In this document: piece by piece, positions 36,771-49,934 of the stretch
Layout of the letters: each line of letters starts with the position of its first letter
Position numbering within the stretch: position 1 is the first letter of the stretch
From: Podarcis bocagei
Taxonomy: Eukaryota
Reading direction: 5' to 3' (one strand)
Assembly (NCBI GenBank): GCA_964188305.1
Contig: OZ076886.1
Length of the DNA: 64,000 nucleotides
The notes under the pieces: generated by a model
Database searches by the model: none
The model's input: only the letters and a program-made list of their open reading frames with translations
What the model was told of the DNA's origin: nothing
Made by a program: the position numbers and the translations under genes

Positions 36771-38968
36771 TAAACTGTTAAAAGAAGTTCTTTAGACTTT
36801 TTGAGGATGCAGTCTTTAAAATATTTATTCACCTAGGCATTAGATTCCTTCACCATGATTTTACTGTTGCTTCCCATTTGGAGTGTGGGATGGGGAATCT
36901 GCACTGGTATGTATGAGTAAGACAAATGTTTACCAGCCAAGTATATTTATTATCCGATTATGTTTATCAAAAAGTCAAGACTGACCGCAGTGATTTCACA
37001 TTTGGAAATTAAATTCTGGGTTTTCTGGCAGGTAATCTAGATGCCACAATCCTAATCCTTTATGGTTTCAAAATTAGGAACATGCTGCATTCTCTTCTGA
37101 TCACTCTGTTATAGAGCAGATTTTCTCTTGCTTTAAATGGGATGTGGTTACCGTAGGTTTCTATGACACCTGAATCAAACAAACTATTGTTAGCTTTAAA
37201 CCAGGAATTTATTCTAAACCATGATTTGAAAACTGTACACAGTTCAGAATATTCCTTTTCAATTACTAGTTAAGAGCAGCTTTGTCCTGGTTTGCACATC
37301 TTGTAAAGCTGAGCTTTAGCTTGCCAGGAGCATACAGAATTCAACATAGTGCCAACTCCCCAAGGATTGGGGTGCTGTGGCGCCCACATTTTAAACGAGG
37401 GGGCTGGGCACCCACAAAGTATAGTGTGGCCACACATACATGTCGCGGGGCATGTGCACAGTATATCATCATGCCCCCTGGTGTGTGCTCGCTATGTCGC
37501 CATGCCCCATTATGTGTGGAAGTGATGTCAGCATGCTATGGGGTGTAATGATGTAGTGTGTGCAACCCATGGTGTGCGTGCATGCGTGCTCCGCTGACGG
37601 TGCGTGACCCTGGGCACCCACGGTCATGGGGCAAGCTGATGCCGTTGGCCTCAGAGAGGAGCTTACAGCTGCTTTAATCTTCCTTGTTCTTTTTTACACC
37701 TATACCACAAACCAAAGTTTGGCTTAGCTTGTCCGAACCTGGGTTTGTGATTCAATTATTTCCATGCTAACTACAAGCTGTAGCCAAAGTCTGTTCTGGG
37801 ATATTTGTGGAACATGACCTTTGTAGCCCATTCTTGTTAAGAAGTGGCATGTCAAATTGTGCATCAGCTTTAATTCCCAAAGAGTCCACCACCACTCATT
37901 TCATACTGCTAGTTTTGATAGTACCTTTTTCTATCTCATGAACAAGAGATGCTAAACGAGTCAGTAACCAGGTACCGTTGATACAGTGTCCATTGCATGA
38001 CATTTCCATAGTACTGTGGATATTAATTTATACGTAAGCAAAATTATGAGATCACCAAAATCAAGAAAAATAACAATATTCCTTCAAAACATAGCTAGGC
38101 TATTAACAATATTTCAAACGTTCAGCCACTGGGTCGATGTTTGCTCCCTGTATAAGAGACCTCTGTTGAACAAATGACCTGGAAAAGTGTTTCATAACAT
38201 GTTTTCCCAATGTAATTTTTAAAATGTAGTCTTTAAACCCCATTTTTTTTTAATAGTAAGTGGTAAGAGGTAATATGAACACTAAGCAAGGAGGAAATAC
38301 ATTTCTCAACATGGCAGCATAGACTTAACCGTAGTCATATTCCGCAGTGCAAAACCACATGGGCAGGGCTGAAGAACAGTTTTGCCTTGCTAGCAAGCTC
38401 CTTTGCAAGATGGATTATTCTATATCATTTATTAAATTTGTATACCACCCTTCATCCGAAGATCACAGGGCAGTTCACAACATAACATGCTGGATGTTGG
38501 CACTGAATATAAAAACATTTTCTGAAGGTTAATAAGTGCTTAATAAGAGGATTAAAACTCAGTTAAATTAAATGAGATGCAAAGTCTATTTAAAAAAAAC
38601 TTATAAAGGTTTATCTGCCCACACAATTTAGCTTTCCATTCATTCAGGGCCAAATTTAAAGTTCTGGATTATGACCTTTAACCCCCTGATGTGGTTTGGA
38701 ACTGGGGTGTTTGAAGTGTAATGAAATGTGCAGTTCACACATGCAACCTTTCAGGAACTTTTGACACTGAGACCAGAGCATGTCTCGAAAGTAGCACTTC
38801 ATGGAGTCTAAGAATACCACAGAGTATCATTCAAGCAATTTAGTATAATAAAAGAGAATTAGCATATTCATTAAAAAGATGTTAAACAGAATCAATTGAC
38901 ACTGACTTTTATAAGTAATGCACTAACGTTAGACTTAACTCTTTGAAACTAGCCTCACCATTCCAGAT

Positions 38969-39269
38969 AACACAAGCAACACGATGACCAGTATACTAGA
39001 TAGCACTGCAATTCCTATTGCATAATATACACAATTTAGTACAACAAAACCAAAAACAAAATGTGTACACTTGTAAATTCTCTAATATATTTGAAATCAA
39101 ATGAACACACGTCTGTCAATCTTTGAAAGTCCGTAGAAGTATAATAAGTCTATATATTAGAGAATTTACAAGTGTACACATTTTGTTTTTGTTCTATTAT
39201 ATTATGTATATTATGCAATGAGAATTGCAGTGCTATCTCTAGTATACTGGTCATTGTGTTGCTTGTGTT
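38969..39269. repeat. Long inverted repeat (arms 38969-39090 and 39152-39269, 61-bp spacer)
   Basis: Left arm aacacaagcaacacgatgaccagtatactaga...gtgtacacttgtaaattctctaatatat is the reverse complement of the right arm atatattagagaatttacaagtgtacac...tagtatactggtcattgtgttgcttgtgtt, with a few mismatches and indels. Confidence 0.95.
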
Positions 39270-41071
39270 GTTTGTTGTGTTAAGTTTGCAACACAGGGGT
39301 TTGTTGTTCTGTATCACCATTCCAGATGAAAGTTCCAAAAAGCATGCACTCTTGGATGCAGTAAATTGGTCAGGGAAAGTGTGTGTGCTGACTGAAGCTG
39401 GGGGGGGGGGGGACAGATTTGATTGAAGAGAGAGAAGAGATATAGTACCTGTCTTTAATTTTGGAAGGAAGCAGCTTGGCATTGAGGGTATCTCTCCAGC
39501 AGAAGAAGTGATTGAGAATGCATGAGAAGGGGAAAGGGGGAACATAAGACGGGGTTCCTGTGCAGAAAGTTTCTTTAACAGCACCAAAGATTCTTAGTTG
39601 CTAAGGCAAAAAGTTGTGTTTTTATGCCCGAAGTCTGCTTCCCTTGTCTTGTTTGTCTTCCCATCACAAGGGATTGTAATAGCTCTGTCTCCATTTCAAC
39701 TTTTCACATTGCATCACCCAGGACTGACTGACTGGAACTTGCTTGTAAACACAGATGGAGACAATGTAGATAAGTAGATAAATATTACATGCAACCCTTC
39801 ATCCTTGCCAGTACCAGGGTGGCTTATAACATATGCACAGATAAAACCAGTTATGCCAAACGTAAAACAATATTTATTATATTAAGTATTATATCCTGCT
39901 TAAGCTTGTAACAATTTAAAACTACAATACAATAAATATGTTAAAAACACACTCCCTAATCTAAACACGTAAAAGTTCTTGATAAGTGCCGTTCTGAGTT
40001 CTAAGTCACAATCCTATGAGGAGATCTAGTACTTAGAAGCGTACTGAAATTGCTGCTAAGATCTCATGGATATTTTGATCGCCCCAAGAGACTGGAGAAT
40101 TTCTGTCCGGAATGCAAGGTTTGTGAATCTAATTAGATAGCTTTGCTTAAGACTGCATATCTGTTAAATATACAAGGCATATTATATATTTTTTTAATTT
40201 TAAAAAAAGAAAGAAAGCATAAGCATGCCATGCTAGTGTCCATATTGTATTTCCAGCATATAGTTTATTTTGCTTGAGGAAAGCATATTGTCTGGACCAT
40301 GTGCAGATTTAAGAAACAAAAATATATGGGCATTTTCTATTATAAATTGGAAGGTGAGATTTTGGTGCTTCACCTATTTGTTTTTGGCCTTTCTAAAATA
40401 GCAGGGCAACTCAGTAAGCATCCAAAAGTTACTCTGCTATTAGGCTGCTCAAGGAAAGATTGAAATTAAGACTTTTTATGTCTCTTGGGGCTTCTTTTTA
40501 TCCGTTGTCTAGAAGCATCTTGCTTCCTAACAAGATGATGTTCATATATGAAATATTCATATTCTGTCATAACTTGTGCAGCTCTAAATATCTGAATTGG
40601 CTAGGGTGAAATTTTATTAGCATTATATTTTCCTACTGACTACCCTTTGTCAATGGTGGAAGCCTGCTAAATACATTGGCTTGAAATTTCAATAGCGTTT
40701 TCTGGGCTTCTGTTCTTAAAAAGTACCATATAAACAAGCTTTCACTGATGGGTTTAGAGCCTATAAAAATTTATTTCTGTTTGAATTATTTTGTTATAAC
40801 TTAAACTTTTATATGTAAAAAAACCCCTGTCTTAAAGTTCTGAGAAACCTAACAGCAACTTGATTGGAATGGGGCTTGCAGTGTGATACTTTAGCCTTTG
40901 AGTTATATGCTTTCTTTGGAGCTTCTGCAGATGTAAATTGAGGTTTACTATTTTGCATGGTTGCAAACCAGAATGTAAAATTTCAAGGTAAACAAATGCA
41001 GCATTATGAACAAAAACAAAAAACAGTTAAAGTTGCCTTACCTTCCTTTCGCTCTCTGCTACTTGCATTAG

Positions 41072-41212
41072 AATCATAGAATTGTAGAGTTGGAAGGAGT
41101 ATCAAGTCCAACCCCCTGCAATGCAGGCATCTGCCCACAGCCGTCCTGGGTTGGGCTTAAACCAACAACTTTCTGGTTAACGTACAGACACACTAATTCA
41201 TTGTGCCACAGC
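41072..41212 (-). mobile_element. Squam2-like SINE
   Basis: Same structure as 27166-27316. Confidence 0.8.
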
Positions 41213-41905
41213 GTGGAGCAGCTTTCCCTAATCTGGTGCCCTCCAGGGGTTTTGGACTTCTCCAATAAACCCTCGCCAACATGGCCAATGGTAAGAGATT
41301 ATGGAAGTTGTAGTCCTAAGTATCTGGAGAGACCAGGTTGGAGAAGGCTGGTATATAGCCATTATGTGATGGAAAAGTGGATATTACGCACCCTCCTCCA
41401 GGTTTCTCTCTCCTCTTCCCAAGTACTTTGGGCCTGCCTCATGTCCACATGTTGAACATAGCAATAGAAAGTCCATGTTGTTAGCTGTAATTCTATGAAA
41501 ACTATCTGTAACAATTGGGGGTTGCAGAGTTTGCAGATTGAGCTCTTTACATGTTGCGGCGAACACATGGGCCTAGAGGCTGTAAATGTAGACTCTACAG
41601 CAGCGGTAGCAAACATGGTTGCTACCAGATTAGATATGTAAGAAATCAGCAATTTCCATTCAGACCTGTATTCATCATAATCAGCACTCTTTCCGTTCCC
41701 TTGCAGTTTGATTTCTACCAAATACTACCTTATTCATCTGACTGACTGTTATAGTAGCATTCATCATAATTTCTATCTTATTTCTGTTGTAGTTCTGTCA
41801 TAATTATTGTTGCTGTTGCAGCACAGCCCTAAAGAAAACAGGATTGAACTCCCGGCCGATCACTTGATGAGCGGAAGGTTAAATCCTGTTTGGTTGGCTT
41901 CATTA

Positions 41906-42147
41906 CAGTGGTACCTCGGGTTACATACGCTTCAGGTTACAGACGCTTCAGGTTACAGACTCCACTAACCCAGAAATAGTACCTTGGGTTAAGAACTTTG
42001 CTTCAGGATGAGAACAGAAATTGTGCTCTGGCGGCACGGCGGCAGCAGGAGGCCCCATTAGCTAAAGTGATGCTTCAGGTTAAGAACAGTTTCAGGTTAA
42101 GAATGGACCTCCAGAACGAATTAAGTACTTAACCCGAGGTACCACTA
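41906..42147 (+). mobile_element. Tigger/pogo-type MITE (CAGTGGTACC family)
   Basis: TA|cagtggtacctcgggtta ... taacccgaggtaccacta|TA; orientation opposite to the other three copies (strand label is relative). Confidence 0.93.
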
Positions 42148-42465
42148 TAATTGCAATGTAATGAAATGTCAAAACAATTTACCAGTGTCATTAATTACCA
42201 TAATTTGTGTTTTTGCTGTGTTTTTTTTAAAAACAACAACATTGTGAGCAGATGCCAATCCATATTCACTTGATTGAGTTCCATTCCTGACCACAGACAA
42301 ACGTGAACTGAAGCAGTTGCTGCCTGTGGAGAGAAGGGACCAGAATTAATCACCTAAAGCCCCTGGCAAACAGGATTTATAGTATTATAAGACAATAGGC
42401 AATTGACAAGCACTACTCGATTTCTTCAAGAAAACAATTGTCTTCTGCAATGTGATACTATGGAA

Positions 42466-42598
42466 CAGGCACCCCCAACCTTCGGCCCTCCAGATGTTTT
42501 GGACTACAATTCCCATCATTGACCACTGGTTCTGTTAGCTAGGGATCATGGGAGTTGTAGGCCAAAAGATCTGGAGGGCCGCAGGTTGGGGATGCCTG
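42466..42598. mobile_element. hAT-like short MITE
   Basis: caggcacccccaacc ... ggttggggatgcctg TIRs; flanks ctatggaa/ctctagaa fit a decayed 8-bp TSD. Confidence 0.8.
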
Positions 42599-43318
42599 CT
42601 CTAGAACCTTGCTAAGGAATTATTACTCACATAACTTGCAATTTATAAAATTCACTGTGACAAGTTGTCAGAGGTGGTTTTGGGGCAGCACAACCGGTTC
42701 TGCTGCACTGGATGCCGAGCCTAGAGGGTGCTGCAACGCATCACAACTATGACGTAGTGAATTGAGCAGAATGGAGAGCAAGAGGTGAGGGGGGCAACAA
42801 ATTTTGGCCTCACACATTGTGCCACTGAAATTTGAAAGAGCAAAGTGCTCCCCTGGAGTTGTGGAAGTAGCCATTGTTTAAGTTTGGACACTTCATGGAA
42901 GCTAAGTCTGTTAACGGTTAAGTCACGATATGTAATCGCTAACCAGAACTAGTCTTCTGAATATCTGTTGTTCAGAAGAACAGTGTGAGAGGGGTAGTGC
43001 CTTCATGCTCTGCTTATGGACTTTCTAGCAATATCAGGCTAATCACCTGGCAATGATGCTGAACTAAGTGGACCTTTTGAGTTGATCAACTTTGCTGCCC
43101 TTAAGAACATGTAAGAAATAAGCTGCTGTTTTTGCCACAACCATCTGTAGACATCCTGTGGTTGTGCTTGTATGGAATATTTTTATTTTGTTTAGAAGAA
43201 TTGTACCTGGCTTTTGCATTGCTCTTGGTGCCTTACATAAGTTAACAACAAAACTGTCCCATAAGAAGCTAAAACAGCATAAAATGGAAACAAGCTCAGC
43301 ACTTTAAAAATACATACG

Positions 43319-43785
43319 CCGTATTTTTTGTTCCATAAGATGCACCTGACCATAGCACACCTTTTTAGAGGAGGAAAGGGGAAAAGCCCCGGTTTTTTTG
43401 GGATCAACTCAAAGTTGTGCAGCTTCTTTTGCAAAGGGGAAAAGCCCCTTTTTTGAGGATCAGCTCAAAGTTGTTGAGCTTACTTTGCAAAGGGAAAAAA
43501 ATCCTGTTTTTATGGGGTTCAACTCACAGTTCTGCAGCTTCTTTAGGAAAGGAAAGGGAGCCCTTTCTACAGTTTCCAGATAGATAATCTAATCAGCCAG
43601 TCATATGTTGCTGGGGAAACAAACAGCCACTGTCATCAGAACATTCAACGATGGAGGCCTGGGCAAGGGGGTGGGGCCGGAAAGGGAGCCAGCGATCAAC
43701 TACACACTCTCTCGATAAGACGCACGAACATTTCCCCTTACTTTTTAGGAGGAAAAAAGTCCATTTTATGAAGTGAAAAATACAG
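43319..43785. mobile_element. Tc2/pogo-like MITE (CCGTA termini)
   Basis: ccgtattttt ... aaaaatacag|TA; subterminal catttccccttacttt..aggaggaaaaaagt shared with 11280-11644. Confidence 0.8.
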
Positions 43786-44339
43786 TATATCTAAAATAAA
43801 GGTCTGCCATATCAATCATCTTCATCAACCTGGAAATCCTTGCCAGAACCTTGCCCCCCCCCCCCTCTCAGCTGTCATCTAGGGGCAAACATTCCATCAG
43901 ACTTTTAACAGGACAGAGAGGAAGGAAAGCTCACCCCATTGGCTTTGCTGGAGGCCCAGCTCCATCAGCCCCCTCCTGCCTCCAGCTGTGCAAGCTGGTC
44001 AATTTAGAAGCAACTGTCTAGAAATTGGTGCCTGAGTTTTGATTTTGATGTTCATCTTCTCTCCTTACCTTTCCCTTGCTTGTTGTGGTTTTTCTTCTTT
44101 ATATTGTAAGCCTGTAGGTAGGGGGTTTCTTGGTTGATTTTATGTAAGCTGCTCCGGGAACCTTTTTGGCTGAAGAGCAGAGAACAGATGATATAAACAA
44201 ATAAGAAATAAAATAAAAATCGCAAGAGAGGAGAACAAATGGATCTCACTGGATTAAGGTATTCCACTCAGGTGCAGCCATGAGGAGGCTTTGTTTCACT
44301 TTTCCTCTCAATTGTGCCTCAGCCATAGACAAGACTCTC

Positions 44340-44950
44340 CCCATATAAACTGTCCCAGACTCTGTGCTCATCATCTGAGGTCCTTCTTTGTGTGCCTCCT
44401 CCACATGCGGTCTGGAGGGTCACAACGAGCCTTCTCTGTAGTGGATTCCTGTTTGTGGAATGCTCTCCCGGTGCCTTGTCTGGTGCCTTCATTATTTATT
44501 TTTAGCTGCTAGGTGAAAACATTCCTTTTCAACCAGGCCTTTGGCTGATTAATACAGTGGTACCTCGGGTTAAGTACTTAATTCGTTCCGGAGGTCCGTT
44601 CTTAACCTGAAACTGTTCTTAACCTGAAGCACCACTTTAGCTAATGGGGCCTCCTGCTGCCACTGTGCCGCCAGAACACGATTTCTGTTCTCATCCTGAA
44701 GCAAAGTTCTAAACCCAAGGTACTATTTCTGGGTTAGCGGTGTCTGTAACCTGAAGCGTTTGTAACTCAGGGTACCACTGTATTCTACAGCCTTTTAAAT
44801 ATGTCTGTGGGAAGGGGGGTTATTGTTTTGCTGCTTTGTTTTACTTATTTGACTGTTTTTATCCTGTATTTTATTCTGTGAAACACCCTGAGATCTTAAG
44901 ATGGAGGGCGGTATATAAATCTAATAAATGACAATACAATACAATAATAA
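44340..44950 (+). mobile_element. L2 3' end interrupted by a MITE
   Basis: RAFSVVDSCLWNALP motif, then a 3'UTR ending in gagggcggtatataaat; same family as 58160-58600. Confidence 0.8.
44555..44780 (-). mobile_element. Tigger/pogo-type MITE (CAGTGGTACC family)
   Basis: TA|cagtggtacctcgggtta ... gggtaccactg|TA. Confidence 0.93.
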
Positions 44951-46297
44951 GGGCCTCCCTCACAGGTCTTGGGCAGGCTGGCATATGGCGTAACTTATTT
45001 TTCAAAGCTCTTTTACACCTGTGCATTTTGTTCCAGCATACCTTTTTTCTTTTCTGATTCAGTCTAGATTCCCTGCCTTGCTTGCTTTAGAGTAAGCCCC
45101 ATTGAAATTTAGTGGGCAAAATGTTGGGTTGCTGTTTTCCCTTTGTATTCTATACTCTGTCAAGAAATCTCAGTATGGGTTTCTGTTACATAACTTCGTG
45201 GTGCATTTGTAACTATGCAATTATTATTCTGCAGCCATTTCTTCTACATAGTAATTTTATCGTAAGGGCAACGTGATAGCAGAGGTAGACATTCAAAATC
45301 CTAAAGGAGTTCCAGCTTTTCGGTAATACTCATGTCGCTTAAAGGCAGCTGGCTTATTTGAAGAGTATGTCTGTGCCGATATCCTCTGTAAAGGAAGGTT
45401 CTCTCTGTTTTAATGGTATGGGGGGAAGCTTTAGAGTCCTCCATTCTCCTGATTATTAGCATAATAGGGAAAACAAAACAGTGTAGAATAAGATAATTTT
45501 CTTACATACAGCTGTGTCATGTGGATAAGGATCTGACAAGGCTGTGACCCTTTCATTTAAAGAAATAGGCAAGGTTTGACCTTTCCAATCATATTAATTC
45601 ATTGTTTTAAAACTCATCCTTTGTTTGACAATCTTAAGTAATGCTACACATAAATGAAATGCTACTGTTTGGCCTTTTCTGAATTCTGAGGCTTGCCTTA
45701 GGCCATGGCTTAATAAAATAGCTCAATGATTTGAAAACAATGCATATTTATTTTTGATTGCTTCCTGCAAACAGCTAGCCCAAGAAAACTGAGGAGGGAC
45801 CTTGTGGCATGGTACGCACAGAGTGTTCTACAACAACCTTATCTCCTAAAAGTGACAGTATCTGACCTAAAAAGAAATCTAAATCTTTAGATTCAAATTT
45901 CTAATAATTTGAATAATTTCTAATGTACAGTAGAAATTTACAGGTGCAAGTTTGTTTGAATAGAACAGTTGCATTCATTTAAAAAGCTATCCTATCTTGA
46001 CATACCAGTCATCAGCAGGAGAGGGGAGGCTGGTGCCTTTGGGGATTGGTAAGACAGAAGGCAGGGATGCCAGCACTGGTGGGAGCCAAAGGAAATGACT
46101 GGCAGAGCTAAAGGCAATGGAGCCAACTAATTCTGGTTTTGACCCCATCCTCTTTCTTGCTGACTTCAACAAAGGCAACACTGAGACTAAGGAGGAAGAG
46201 GCTGACAGCAGTATCATCCCCTATATTGGTTTTAAGTTAGGAGGTAGGTAAAGGGAGGCTAGCTGAGGGCAGACTGAGCTTCATTGGACAGTGCTAC

Positions 46298-46817
46298 TGT
46301 AATGATCTCAGGCAGGCAAGCAAGCGCCGAGAATAATTAATGAGTCTCTGGCAGTTTTATGTACTTTTATTTACAGTTTAAATCCAGAGAGCGGCTCCGG
46401 TCCTGCCGCCCTTAGTTGGTCACTCTGAGACTCTGCCCTGTCACAGCACGAAGGGCGCCAAAGTCCAGTCCTTTCTCTCTTACACTTCTGTTGCATTTCA
46501 ACCCTTTCAGCTCTTCTGGTTTGGGGAGGTGGGTGAACTCCCTCCCCCGCCACTATCAAATGAAGATCCCTCTAAATGCTGCCTCCCTCCTGGTTGCATA
46601 GCAATTCCCTCAATGTCATCTATCTCCTCCCCTCCCTCTGCCTTTGAGCTTTCCAAGTCTGGGAAGTCTTGGCGAAGGAGGGCCGAACTAGTCCAGCTCT
46701 GGCTGTGGCTGCAATTCCTCATCTCTAGAGTCAGACTCTGCCTCCCTATATAGAGGCATTCCTTCATCTCCAGAGTCTGACTCCTCCCAGGCATTTGATT
46801 CAGCCACATCCCTGACA
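46298..46817 (-). mobile_element. Solo LTR (520 bp)
   Basis: TG...CA ends, perfect 5-bp TSD GCTAC (46293-46297, 46818-46822), minus-strand AATAAA at 46366-46371. Confidence 0.85.
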
Positions 46818-48254
46818 GCTACTCATCCTAATGGAGCGGTCGCCACTGTTTCTCAGATTTATGGCCTGAAGGAACTCCCTACATGTTCTCCTGAACTGAT
46901 GAAGATACTGATCAGCTTTCACAAACTTTCACAAAACTAATGGACTAGATCTTGGTTTATGCTTTTTCACATGTGGCTTTTGGATAATATGTAGTTTAGA
47001 GCTGAGGTAGCCAAAGTCGTGCCTTCCAGATGGAAGTCCAGCATCCCTTACCATTGACCATGCTGGCTGGAGCTGATGGGAGTTGAAGTCAAATAACACC
47101 TGGAGGGCAGCACATTGGTTACTCCTGGCTTATAGAGAAAGAATGCAATCATTTATCTCTTCAGGTGACAACTCAGAAGTCTGTATTAGTTCTTTTCCAT
47201 GCCAGAGATAAGCATGAGCTGCAGTGGCTGCTAAAGTACTATCAAGGCCTCTTGTCTTATGTCTCTGCCTTTTCCCTCCTTTCATGATACAGAGAGTTGA
47301 AGGGGACCTTTCTGACATGTACTCAGTTTCTTTACAAGCATCTGCTTTTAAGATAAAGATCTGGTTTGTAAGGCTGTAACCTTTCAGTGAAGGAACAAAT
47401 TCTTTTAAAAGGAAAGTGAGCTTCTTTCTCTCTGTTATTACTATGGCATTTTCAGAGATTTTAAAGAACGATTTAACCACTGATTGGAGAAATCCAGAAT
47501 AGACTTTGTAACAGAAGCGCTACTGAAGATCTCTTGGGCATCAATAGCTATTGCCAACAACTGTTGCCTGAGGTATCTATAAAAATATTAGAGGCATTAA
47601 GATACCTTGGCTATCTGTTTTTTCTGTAGTTGGTTCCTGGTTTTCACTTTTCCTGTTCAATATTATTATAGCGAGAAAACAGAATAAATTCCTATGGTCC
47701 TGGCGCTATTCTGCTAGAGGACATGCTACTGTCAGGCTGACAGAGATGTACACTGAAATACAGCATGTGTAACTTAGGCACAACACCCTCTGTGGTATCA
47801 GAGTGCCTGTGTAGTGCAGCAATAAGAACAGAACCTTTCCAGAAAGGAGCTTTTATTGAGAGAACAAAATGTATGGGTTAACAATTGAAGAATATTCCAG
47901 AAATAGAAGATGTAAAGGGGAATGAGATAGCAATGTGTCAAAGGAGGCTGCTTGGTGATGCATATGGAGAAGGGGCTGCAGTGGTGGAAGCCAGAAAGCT
48001 GGCAGGGGTAGAGAAACAGGGCAAATTAAACCTTGCCTTACTTCTACTGTCTTCAAACACATGGTGAACTGAAGATCCTTAGCATCAGGGTAAATTGTTA
48101 TGAAGAGGGGCACAGAAATGGGCACCCGAAGTCAGGAGTAGGGCTGGTACTGCAATGTTTGCAAACAGGAAGTATTTCATTATTTCCAGGTGAACAAAAT
48201 ATAGTTGTCTTTTCTTTTTTTACTCTAAGCAGGTGTGGTACTCTGCTGCTTGAG

Positions 48255-48690
48255 AGTGTTTGTTTGTTTGTTTATGTCCCGCCTTTTCCCCTGACAGGAG
48301 TCAAGGCATCTTACAGATACAAACAATAACCACTAAAAACACAGAAAAATGAATCATAAAAATATAATTAAACATTGATGGAATTAAAACTATATACATA
48401 TGCATATATAAAGTATGTCTAAAATATACCTACAATTGCAATAAAAACATCACAGCACCAGTAGTCAATTCTGAAAAGCCTGTTGGAACAAGAAAGTCTA
48501 CACCTGCTGGCAGAAGGACAGCAAGGAGGGAGCCAGTGTAGCTTCTCTAGGGAGAGAGTTTCAGAGTCTGGGAGAAGCCACCAAGAAGGCCATTAAATGT
48601 GCCTGTGAGGGCGACAGGACCTAGAGAATGGCCTCCCTTGAAGATCTCAAAACCTGGGCAGGCTCGTTTGAGGGAATATGGTCTTTCAGA
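48255..48690 (-). mobile_element. L2 3' end
   Basis: (GTTT)n tail, then antisense L2 terminal motifs (aaaagcctgttggaacaagaaagtc...gggagagagtttcagagtctgggagaagccaccaagaaggcc). Confidence 0.75.
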
Positions 48691-49695
48691 TAGCCAGTTG
48701 ATAGGTGATGCATTGTTGCCCGTGACTCTGTTTTATCCACTTCTCCCACAGGAAAGCACGTTAGATTTTCTCAGATTTTTTTTTTATCCAAGAAGAAACC
48801 CTCAGATCTGATTCAAAGAAATTTCTCTGTAGTGAACTTTCAGTGGCAACTCTACTCTGACTCTCGTTCTGTTTTGTTTAGGTTTGTAATGGTGACTGTT
48901 GATTCCCTTCTTCCATATCTGTTTTCAGCCAAGCATAATGGCAAAATTCTACTCAACTAATGTATATTCTGCTGCATTTATATTCTAGCCTGCCAGTGGT
49001 AGAATTACAGCTAAGGACCTTTCCCTTTTTAAAATTGTGTGTTCAGTTTCATTGTAGTAAATGTATTCCCACTTGACTAAGAATATTGCAGTACAGAAAA
49101 AAAAATCCTATTCCCATGCGTAGTTGATCTGTTAGCAGGTGGAGAACATGTCGTGTATCTTAATAAACTTGTTTCTACTACGTGTTTCATCAAATTACTG
49201 AGTAGCTTTCCCATGATGCGTAGCAAGTAGCCTTTTGTCAACTTCTGTGAGCTGCTTTTGAGTGACACAGGTGTTAAATATCCCTTTTATCTGTTAAAAG
49301 CACATCAGAATTTAAAAACAAATGTTGAATGCTGTGGCTGTTAACAGAACTTGGTGTTTGTGGTTCAGTTTATGTTCTAACCTGTCCAAAACAAACATTT
49401 TTTATGATATGGAAAATGATTGCTGCATTGTAGAACTGCTGTGATAACACAAAAGGGTTAACTTCAAGGTGCTAAACTTTTAATTGTTCGTTTGCGTCAG
49501 TTTTCAGGCCTTTCTGAAAAATCAAAATGTTTTTCCCTCTGAAGTTGAGATACTCATTTTGCAGCCATAGGAATATCAATAGCTGTCTGCCATGTCTCTG
49601 TTGTCTGTTTTTTATTTGTTGCCATTTTTGTATATATGTTCACATCCCCAAATAAAATTATATCCTTTGTTTAGTATTGATAAACAAGGATAATA

Positions 49696-49934
49696 CAGTG
49701 ATACCTTGGGTTAAGTACTTAATTCGTTCTGGAGGTCTGTTCTTAACCTGAAACTGTTCTTAACCTGAAGGACCACTTTAGCTAATGGCGCCTGCTGCTG
49801 CTGCGCCGCCGGAGCACGATTTCTGTTCTCATCCTGAAGCAAAGTTATTAACCCAAGGTACTATTTCTGGGTTAGCGGAGTCTGTAACCTGAAGCGTATG
49901 TAACCTGAAGCGTATGTAACCCGAGGTACCACTG
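49696..49934 (-). mobile_element. Tigger/pogo-type MITE (CAGTGGTACC family)
   Basis: TA|cagtgataccttgggtta ... taacccgaggtaccactg|TA. Confidence 0.93.

Noticed and set aside
39150-39587. 145-aa minus-strand ORF as a possible gene
   Set aside because: No recognisable domain or splice context; it runs through a G-run and the inverted repeat arm
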